Source of the DNA: Squalus acanthias | Lineage: Eukaryota | NCBI GenBank assembly: GCA_030390025.1 | Contig: CM059431.1 | Coordinates: 144,834,001-144,898,000, forward strand | Direction: 5' to 3' | Length of the DNA stretch: 64,000 nucleotides | Shown: positions 29,033-39,136 of the stretch, piece after piece | Numbering within the stretch: the stretch's first letter is position 1 | Layout: every line of letters starts with the position of its first letter | Translations under genes and position numbers: made by a program | Notes under the pieces: model-generated | What the model saw: only the letters and a program-made list of their open reading frames with translations | Databases searched by the model: none | Told to the model about the DNA's origin: nothing

Positions 29033-32000
29033 ATAGAAACATAGACATAGAAAATAGGTGCAGGAGTAGACCATTCGGTCCTTCGAGCCTGCACCGCCAT
29101 TCAATGCGTTCATGGCTGAACATGCTACCTCAGTACCCCATACCTGCTTTCTCGCCATACCCCTTGATCCCCCTAGTTGTGAGTATTATATCTAACTCCC
29201 TTTTGAATATATTTAGCGAACTGGCCTCAACAACCTTCTGTGGTAGAGAATTCCACATATTCACCACTCTCTGGGTGAAGAAGTTCCTCCTCATCTCAGT
29301 CTTAATTGCCTTCCCCTTTATCCTTAGACTGTGACCCCTGGTTATAGTTTTCCCTAACATTGGAAACATTCTGCCCGCATCTAATTTGTCTAAACCAGTC
29401 AGGATTTTAAACGTCTCTATAATATCCCCCCTCATTCTTCTGAACTCCAGAGGATAAAAGTTCAGTTGATCCAGTCTTTCTTGATATGTTAGTCTGACCA
29501 TCCCAGGAACCAATCTAGTGAACCTTCGTTGCACTCCCTCAATAGCAAGAATGTCCTTCCTCAAGTTAGGAGTCCAAAACTGCACACAATACTCCAGGTG
29601 TGGCCTCACCAAGGCCCTGTACAACTGTAGCATCACCTCCCTACTCCTGTACTCAAATCCCCTTGCTATGAAGGCCATCATGCCATTTGCTTTCTTGACT
29701 GCCTGCTGCACTTGTCTTCCCACCTTCAGTGACTGATGTACCATGACGCCCAGGTCTCGTTGCACCTCCCCTTTCCCTAATCTGCCACCAATCAGGTAAT
29801 AGTCTGCCTCCCTATTTTTACCGCCAAATTGGATAACCTCACATTTATCCACATTGTACTTCATCTGCCATACATTTGCCCATTTACCCAACCTGTCCAA
29901 GTCACTCTGTAGCCTCCTAGCATCCTCCTAATTGTTCACACTGCCTCCCAATTTAGTGTCATCCTCAGATTTGGAGATATTACAATTAATGCCTTCGTCC
30001 AAATCATTAATATATAATGTAAACAGCTGGGGCCCCAGCACCGAACCCTGCGGTACCCCGCTGGTCACTGCCTGCCATTCTGAAAAGTACCCATTTACTC
30101 CTACTCTTTGTATCCTGTGTGCCAACCAGTTCTCAATCCACGTCAACACATTACCCCCAATCCCATGTGCTTTAACTTTGCACGCCAATCTCTTGTGTGG
30201 GACCTTGTCGAAGGCCTTCTGAAAGTCCAAATACACCACATCTACTGGTTCCCCCCAATCCACCCTATTGGAAACATCCTCAAAAAATTCCAGAAGATTT
30301 GTCAAGCATGATTTCCCTATCACAAATCCATGCTGACTTGGACCTATCATGTCGCCACTTTCCATATGTTCTGTTATGACATCTTCAATAATTGATTCCG
30401 TCATTTTACCCACCACCGATGTCAGGCTGACCGGTCTATAATTCCCTGCTTTCTCCCTCCCTCCTTTTTTAAAAAGAGGGGTTACATTAGCCACCCTCCA
30501 CTCCTTCGGAACTGATCCAGAATCTAAGGAATGTTGGAAAATGATCGTCAATGCATCCACTATTTCCAAGGCCACCTCCTTAAGTACTCTGGGAAGCAGA
30601 CCAATTAGGCCCTGGGGATTTATCAGCCTTCAGTCCCATCAATTTCCCCAACACCTTTTCCCGACTGATAAGGATTTCCCTCAGCTCCTCCCTCTTACCA
30701 GATCCTTTGATCTCTTTTATTTCCGGAAGGTTGTTTGTGCCCTCCACAGTAAACACCGAACCAAAGTACTTGTTCAATTCATCTGCCATTTCTTTGTTCC
30801 TCATTATGATTCCCCTGTTTTGGACTGCAGGGGACCTACGTTTGTTTTTACTAACCTCTTTCTTTTTACATATTTATAGAAGCTTTTGCAGTCCGTTTTA
30901 ATGTTCTCCGCAAGCTTCATTTCATATTTTATTTTCCCTGTCCTAATCAAACCCTTCGTCCTCCTCTGCTGAGTTTTAAAGTTCTCCCAGTCCCCGGGTT
31001 TGCTGTTACTTCTGGCCAATTTGTATGCCACTTCCTTGCTTTTAATACTATCCCTGATTTCCCTTGTTAACCGTGGTTGAGCCACCTTCCCTTTTTTATT
31101 TTTACGCCAGACAGGGATGTACAATTGCTGTAGTTCATCCATGCGATCACTAAATGTCTGCCATTGCCCGTCCACTGATAACCCCTTAAATATCGCTTGC
31201 CAATCTAACCTCGCCAATTCACGCCTCATACCCTCAAAGTTGCCCTTATTTAAGTTCTGGACCATGGTCTCTGAATTAACTGTTTCCTTCTCCATCTTAA
31301 TGTAGAACTCCACCATACTATGGTCACTCTTCCCCAAGGGGCCTCGCACCACAAGATTGCTGATTAGTCCTTCCTCATTACACAACACCCAGTCCAGGAT
31401 GGCCTCCCCTCTAGTTGGTTCCTCAACATACTGGTTTAGGAAACCATCCCTTAAACACTCCAGGAAATCCTCCTCCACCGTATTGCTTCCAGTTTGAGTA
31501 GCCCAATCTATATGCATATCAAAGTCACCCATGATAACTGCTGCGCCTTTTTTGCATGCACCTCTGATTTCCTGTTTCATACCCTCCCCCACCTCACTAC
31601 TACTGTTTGGAGGTCTGTACACAACCCCCACTAACGTTTTCTGCCCTTTGGTGTTCTGCAGCTCTACCCATATTGATTCCACATCCTCCAAGCTAATGTC
31701 CTTCCTAGCTATTGCATTAATCTCCTTTTTAATCAGCAATGCTACCCCACCCACTTTTCCTTTTATTCTATCCTTCCTGAATGTTGAATACCCCTGGATA
31801 TTCAGTTCCCAGCCTTGATTGTTCTGGAGCCACGTCTCTGTAATCCCAATCACATCATATCCGTTAACATCAATTTGCACAGTCAATTCATCCACCTTAT
31901 TATGGATACTCCTTGCATTAAGACACAGAGCCTTTAGGCTTGTTTTATTAATACCCTTTGTCCTTTTAGACTTATGATTTAGTATGGCCCTTTGTGTTTC

Positions 32001-32131
32001 TTGACTTTGTTTACTCGGATTTCCCTTATTGTTTCTCACCCTTCTAACATTTGTTTCTGACTGCATATTACTTCCCCCTGTTTCGCTACATAGGTTCCCA
32101 TTCCCCTGCCAAATTAGTTTAAATCCTCCCG
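29033..32131 (-). mobile_element. CR1-clade LINE (subfamily A), 5'-truncated at the end of ORF1, with disrupted ORF2 (APE endonuclease + reverse transcriptase)
   Basis: Minus-strand ORFs 30804-32495, 30580-30804, 29928-30575 and 29130-29900 give EN motifs (LNARSI, GITETW, SDH) and RT motifs ([26 protein letters not shown]). FADD is mutated to SEDD and there are frameshifts. The 3' tail is (TTTCTATG)-like at 29033-29055. Confidence 0.96.
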
Positions 32132-33424
32132 CACTCTGCCAGATCCCAGACCCACCGGTTCCCACACTCTGCCAGTTTCCAGTCCCACGGGTTCCCGCAC
32201 TCTGCCAGACCCCATTCCATCGGGTTCCCACACTCTGCCAGATCCCAGTCCCACGGGTTCCCGCACTCTGCCAGACCCCAGTCCCTCGGGTTCCCGCACT
32301 CTGCCAGACCCCAGTCCCTCGGGTTCCCACACTCTGCCAGTTTCCAGTCCCACGGGTTCCCCCACTCTGCCAGGTCCCAGTCTCACGGGTTCCCGCACTC
32401 TGCCAGTTTCCAGTACCACGCGTTCCCGCACTCTGCCAGTTTCCAGTCGCACAAGTACCCACAATCTGCCTGATCCGAGTCGCACGAGTTCCCACACTCT
32501 GCCAGATCCCAGTCCCACGGGTCCCCGCACTCTGCCAGATCCCAGTCCCACGGGTTCCCGCAATCTACCAGTTTCCAGTCTCACGTGTTCCCGCACTCTG
32601 CCATTTCCCAGTCCCACGGTTCCCCGCACTCAGCCAGATCCCAGTCCCACGGGTTCCCACACTCTGCCAGATCCCAGTCCCACGGGTTCCCACACTCTGC
32701 CAGATCCCAGTCTCACGGGTTCCCGAACTCTGCCAGATCCCAGTCACACGGGTTCCTGCACTCTGCCAGTTTCCAGTCTCACGTGTTCCCGCACTCTGCC
32801 AGTTTCCAGTCCCACGGGTTCCCGCATATTTCCAGATCCCAGTCCCATGGTTTCCCGCACTCTGCCAGATCACAGTCCCAAGGTTATTCCGCACCCTGCG
32901 AGATCCCAGTCTCCCGGGTTCCCACACTCTGCCAGATCCCAGTCTCCCGGGTTCCCACACTCTGCCAGTTTCCAGTCTCACGGGTTCCCACACTCTGCCA
33001 GATCCCAGTCCCAAGGGTTGCCGCACTCTGCCAGTTTACCGTCCCATGGGTTGCCGCACTCTGCCAGATTACAATCTCACCGGTTCCCACACTCTGCCAG
33101 ATCCCAGTCTCACGGGTTCCCGCACTCTGCCAGTTCCCAGTCCCACGGTTACCCACACTCTGCCAGATCCCAGTCTCACGGGTTCCCGCACTCTGCCAGT
33201 TACCAGTCCCACGGTTACCCACACTCTACCAGATTCCAGTCCCACGGGTTCCCGCACTCTGCCAGTTCCCAGTCCCACGGTTACCCACGCTCTACCAGAT
33301 TCCAGTCCCACGGGTTCCCACACTCTGCCAGTTTGCAGTCTCACGGGTCCCCACACTCTGACAGTTCCCATTCCCACGGGTTCCCGCACTCTGCCAGATC
33401 ACAGTCCCACGGGTTCCCACACTA
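32127..33424. repeat. 33-bp minisatellite, distal block (~39 more diverged units)
   Basis: Same consensus as 13897-29030, resuming directly after the LINE 5' end. Confidence 0.97.
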
Positions 33425-33808
33425 TGATAGTTCTAGATCTCCCCCTTTTTCTAGAATGGCCCCTCGAATATCAGAGGAATAGAGTTCGGATGAAATCTGT
33501 TGTTGTTGACACAATACGTGTTCAGTTTACATCATTTGGGCTGTGTGGGCAGTTCTGGTAAGCTAATCATGGAAGGTATATTTCTGCACTTTATAGGTCA
33601 GACAGCTCTGTACCAGAGATTGCAGGAATTCACAATTCCAGTTTTGAAGAAATTATACAAAATCCTGCTTTCCATCTTTAGAAAAGAAGAAACCTCCAGC
33701 TGATCTAATGTCAGTTTTAATGTAACGAGGAGAATGCACAAATTACCCAACTTCTTCACGGCAGCAAGGAGTTCAATCATAAAGATCTATAAATTCAAAA
33801 TGTGAAAT

Positions 33809-35814
33809 TAGATACATAGATACATAGATACATAGAAGATAGGAGCAGGAGTAGGCCATCCGGCCCTTCGAGCCTGCTCCGCCATTTAATGAGATCATGG
33901 CTGATCCTGCAATTCAGTACCTCGTCCCCGCCTTCTCTCCGTAACCCTTAACCCCTTTTGCCTGTAGAAATATATCTAATTCCCTCTTAAATATATTTAA
34001 TGAGCTGGCGTACACTGCCCTCTGTGGCAATGAGTTCCACAGGTTCACCACCCTCTGAGTGAAGAAATTCCCCCTCATTTCTGTCCTAAATGGTTTAGCC
34101 CTTATCCTTAAATTATGTCCTCTAGTTCTGTTCTCACCCGCCAAGGGAAACATTCCTTCTGCATCTAGTCTGTCTAGACCTGTCAGAATTTTATACACTT
34201 CTATGAGGTCCCCTCTCAATCTTCTAAACTCCAGTGTGTACATCCCTAAACTACATAGTCTCTCCTCATAGGTCAATCCCGCCATTCCTGGTATCAGCCT
34301 GGTGAATCGCCACTGCACCCCCTCCATGGCAAGAACATCTTTCCTCAGATGAGGCGACCAAAACTGTACACAGTACTCGAGGTGTTGTCTCACCAGTGCC
34401 CTGTACAGCTGCAGCAAGGTATCCCTGTTCCTGTATTCCAACCCTTTTGCTATGAAGGCCAGCATACCGTTTGCCTTCTTGACCGCCTGTTGCACCTGCA
34501 TGCTCGCCTTCAGTGACTGGTGTACAAGAACACCCAGGTCTCTCTGTACTTCCCCCTCTCCCAATTTATTGCCATTTAAATAATAATTTGCCCTCCCATT
34601 CCTGCACCCAAGGTGGATAACTTCGCACTTGTCCACATTATAGTGCATCTGCCATTTATCCGCCCAATCACCCAGTCTGTCCAAATCGCTCTGGAGCTTC
34701 CTGGTCTCCTCCTCTGAGCCCACCCCCCCTCCTAGTTTAGTGTCGTCTGCAAATTTGGAAATGCTGCATCCAACTCCCTGATCCAGGTCATTAATGTAAA
34801 TTGTGAACAGCTGGGGACCCAGGACAGATCCCTGTGGTACCCCACTTGTTACTGCCTGCCATTCAGAAAATGAGCCGTTTATTCCAACTCTCTGTTTTCT
34901 ATCTGACAGCCAGTTCTCTATCCACGTCAATACTTTCCCCTTTATCCCATGAGCTTCAATTTTCCATGCTAATCTTTTATGTGGGACCTTATCGAAGGCC
35001 TTTTGGAAGTCCAGGTACACCACATCTATTGGCTCTCCCCATCTATTTTAGCAGTTACTCCCTCAAAAAATTCCAATAGATTAGTCAAGCACGATTTACC
35101 CTTTGTAAATCCATGTTGACTCTGTCCTATCCTGTCCCCATTTGCTAAGTGCTCCGCTATTTCATCTTTAATGATGGACTCCAGCATTTTGCCCACAACT
35201 GATGTAAGGCTTACAGGTCTGTAATTACCTGCTTTTTCCCTACCCCCCTTTTTGAATAGTGGGGTAACGTTAGCTACCCTCCAATCCATGGGCACTGTTC
35301 CCGAGTCTAATGAATTCTGAAAAATCATACTTAGTGCATCCGCTATATCTAGGGCCACCTCCTTCAGTACCCTAGGATGCATGTTATCAGGCCCTGGGGA
35401 TTTGTCCGCCTTCAATCCCTTTAGCTTCCTTAACACCATATCCTTAGAGATATTGATTTGCGTCAGTTCCTCCTTTGCCAATGTCCCTATTTTTCCCGAT
35501 ATCCCAGGGAGGTTTTTTGTGTCTTCCTTCGTAAAGACTGACCCAAAGTATGCATTTAGTTGGTCTGCCATTTCCTTATTTCCCGTTATATATTCCCCCG
35601 TATCTGACTGCAATGGACCAACTTTGGTTTTCACCAGTCTTTTCCTCTTGATATAGTTATAAAAGCTTTTGGAGTTAGTTTTTATATTTTCCGCCAGCTT
35701 GCTTTCGTAAGCTATTTTGCCCCTCTTTATTAAGCCCTTTGTCCTCCTTTGCTCTATCTTAAACTGTTCCCAATCTTCCGCTCTGGCGCTTTTTTTGGCT
35801 ATTTTATACGCCCT
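33809..35814 (-). mobile_element. CR1-clade LINE (subfamily B), 3' part (RT and 3' UTR) of an element split by the 35815-39136 insertion
   Basis: ORFs 35026-35634 and 33914-35023 (KFADDTKL), with one frameshift in a G run near 35035. The tail is (TATCTATG)n at 33809-33837. The sequence continues exactly at 39137. Confidence 0.96.
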
Positions 35815-38800
35815 GGATTGCTACCAGGGCCACGAGCTAATCAGAATAGAGAGAACAGGATAGTGAGATTGAATACATGGCTTGAGCAGTGGTGCAGGAG
35901 GGAGGGATTCAAATTCCTGAGGCATTGGAACCAGTTCTGGGGGAAGTGGGACCTGTACAAAAGGGACGGTCTGCACTTGGGCAGGACTGGAACCGATGTC
36001 CTCGGGGTAATATTTGCTAAAGCAGTTCGGGAGGATTTAAACTAATATGGCAGGGGAAGGGGAACCTATGTAGCGAAACAGGGGGAAGTAATATGCAGTC
36101 AGAAACAAATGTTAGAAGGGTGAGAAACAATAGGGGAAGGCCGAGTAAACAAAGGCAAGAAACACAAAGGGCCATACTAAATCAAAAGTCTAAAAGGACA
36201 AAGGATGTTAATAAAATAAGCCTAAAGGCTCTGTGTCTTAATGCAAGGAGTATCCGTAATAAGGTGGATGAATTGACTGTGCAAATAGATGTTAACGGAT
36301 ACGATGTGATTGGGATTACAGAGACGTGGCTCCAGAACAATCAAGGCTGGGAACTGAACATCCAGGGGTATTCAACATTCAGAAAGGATAGAATAAAAGG
36401 AAAAGGGGGTGGGGTAGCATTGCTGGTTAAAGAGGAGATTAATGCAATAGCTAGGAAGGACATCAGCTTGGAGGATGTGGAATCAATATGAGTTGAGCTG
36501 CAGAACACCAAAGGGCAGAAAAAGTTAGTGGGAGTTGTGTACAGACCTCCAAACAGCAGTGGTGAGGTGGGGGAGGGTATGAAACAGGAAATCAGAGGTG
36601 CGTGCAAAAAAGGCACGGCAGTTATCATGGGTGACTTTAATATGCATATAGATTGGGCTACTCAAACTGGAAGCAATAAGGTGGAGGAGGATTTCCTGGA
36701 GTGTTTAAGGGATGGTTTCCTAAACCAATATGTTGAGGAACCAACTCGAGGGGAGGCCATCCTGGACTGGGTGTTGTGTAATGAGGAAGGACTAATCAGC
36801 AATCTTGTGGTACGAGGCCCCCTGGGGAAGAGTGACCAAAGTATGGTGGAGTTCTACATTAGGATGGAGAAGGAAACAGTTTAGTCAGAGACCATGGTCC
36901 AGAACTTAAATAAGGGCAACTTTGATGGTATGAGGCGTGAATTGGCGAGGTTAAATTGGCAAGCGATATTTAAGGGGCTATCAGTGGAAGGGCAATGGCA
37001 GACATTTAGAGATCGCATGGATGAACTACAACAATTGTACATCCCGGTCTGGCGTAAAAATAAAAAAGGGAAGGTGGCTCAACCATGGCTAACAAGGGAA
37101 ATCAGGGATAGTATTAAAACCAAGGAAGTTGCATACAAATTGGCCAGAAGTAGCAGCAAACCCGGGGACTGGGAAAACTTCAAAACTCAGCAAAGGAGGA
37201 CGAAGGGTTTGATTAGGGCAGGGAAAATAAAATATGAAAGGAAGCTTGCAGAGAACATTAAAATGGACTGCAAAAGCTTCTATAAATATGTAAAAAGAAA
37301 GAGGTTAGTAAAAACAAACGTAGGTCTCCTGCAGTCGGAAACAGGGCAAGTCGTAATGGGGAACAAGGAAATGGCAGATCAATTGAACAAGTACTTTGGT
37401 TCGGTGTTTACTGTGGAGGACACACACAACCTGCCGGAAATAAAAGGGGTCAGAGGATCTGGTAAGAGGGAGGAGCTGAGGGAAATCCTTATTAGTCGGG
37501 AAAAGGTATTGGGGAAATTGATGGGACTGAAGGCTGAAAAATCCCCGGGGCCTGATGGTCTGCATCCAGAGTACTTAAGGAGGTGGCCTTGGAAATAGTG
37601 GATGATTTGACGATCATTTTCCAACATTCCTTAGACTCTGGATCAGTTCCGATGGAGTGGAGGGTGGCCAATGTAACCCCTCTTTTTAAAAAAGGAGGGA
37701 GGGAGAAAGCAGGGAATTATAGACCGGTCAGCCTGACATCGGTCGTGGGTAAAATGATGGAAGCAATTATTAAAGATGTCATAACAGACCATTTGGAAAG
37801 TGGCGACATGATAGGTCCAAGTCAGCATGGATTTGTGAAAAGGAAATCATGCTTAACAAATCTTCTGGAATTTTTTGAGGATGTTTCCAATAGGGTGGAC
37901 AGGGGGGAACCAGTAGATGTGGTGTATTTGGACTTTCAGAAGGCCTTCGACAAGGTCCCACACAAGAGATTGGTGAGCAAAGTTAAAGCACATGGGATTG
38001 GGGGTAATGTGTTGACGTGGATTGAGAACTGGTTGGCACACAGGAAACAAAGAGTAGGAGTAAATGGGTACTTTTCAGAATGGCAGGCAGTGACCAGCGG
38101 GGTACCGCAGGGTTCGGTGCTGGGACCCCAGCTGTTTACATTATATATTAATGATTTGGACGAAGGGATTAAATGTAATATCTCCAAATTTGCGGATGAC
38201 ACTAAATTGGGAGGCAGTGTGAACAATGAGGAGGATGCTAGGAGGCTACAGAGTGACTTGGACAGGTTGGGTGAATGGGCAAATGTATGGCAGATGAAGT
38301 ACAATGTGGATAAATGTGAGGTTATCCACTTTGGTGGTAAAAATAGAGAGGCGGACTATTACCTGAATGGTGGCAGATTAGGGAAAGGGGAGGTGCAACG
38401 AGACCTGGGCGTTATGGTTCATCAGTCACTGAAGGTGGGAATGCAAGTGCAGCAGGCAGTCAAGAAAGCAAACGGAATGATGGCCTTCATAGTAAGGGGA
38501 TTTGAGTACGGGAGTAGGGAGGTGATGCTGCAGTTGTACAGGGCCTTGGTGAGGCCACACCTGGAGTACTGTGCGCAGTTTTGATCTCCGAACTTAAGGA
38601 AGGACATTCTTGCTATTGAGGAAGTGCAGCGAAGTTTCACTAGATTGATTCCTGGGATGGCCGGACTGACATATCAAGAAAGATTGGGTCAACTGAACTT
38701 GTATCCTCTGGAGTTCAGAAGAATGAGGTCGGATCTTATCGAGACATTTAAAATCCTGACTGGTTTAGACAAATTAGATGCGGGCAGAATGTTCCCAATG

Positions 38801-39136
38801 TTAGGGAAAACTTGAACCAGGGGTCACAGTCTAAGGATTAAGGGGAAGCCATTTAAGACTGAGCTGAGGAGGAACTTCTTCACCCAGAGAGTGGTGAATC
38901 TATGGAATTCTCTTCCACAGAAGGTTGTTGAGGCCAGTTCGCTAAATATATTCAAAAGGGAGTTAGATATAACACTCACAACTAGGGGGATCAAGGGGTA
39001 TGGCGAGAAAGCAGGAATGGGGTACTGAGGTAGCATGTTCAGCCATGAACGCATTGAATGGCGGTGCAGGCTCGAAGGACCGAATGGTCTACTCCTGTAC
39101 CTATTTTCTATGTTTCTATGTTTCTATGTTTCTATG
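35815..39136 (+). mobile_element. CR1-clade LINE (subfamily A) nested inside the subfamily B element; starts in the ORF1 C-terminus; ORF2 has several stops and a frameshift
   Basis: ORF1 end (GLLP...DGLHL...VREDLN*), then ORF2 pieces 36093-36491, 36528-36884, 36894-37598, 37583-38584 and 38624-38815. (TTTCTATG)n tail ends at 39136. Flanked by a duplicated (G)CCCT. Confidence 0.96.

Noticed and set aside
13575..29044. Long Pro/Ser/Thr-rich, mucin-like ORFs (up to 773 aa)
   Set aside because: They are translations of a stop-free 33-bp repeat. All six frames are open and frames switch at frequent indels, with no signal peptide or unique domain. Some also run through the N gap.
1..33424. CRISPR array interpretation of the 33-bp or 55-bp periodicity
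   Set aside because: There are no unique spacers and no cas genes, and the context is eukaryotic.
33431..33456. TTCTAGA…TCTAGAA hairpin at the minisatellite edge
   Set aside because: A 7-bp stem is expected by chance.
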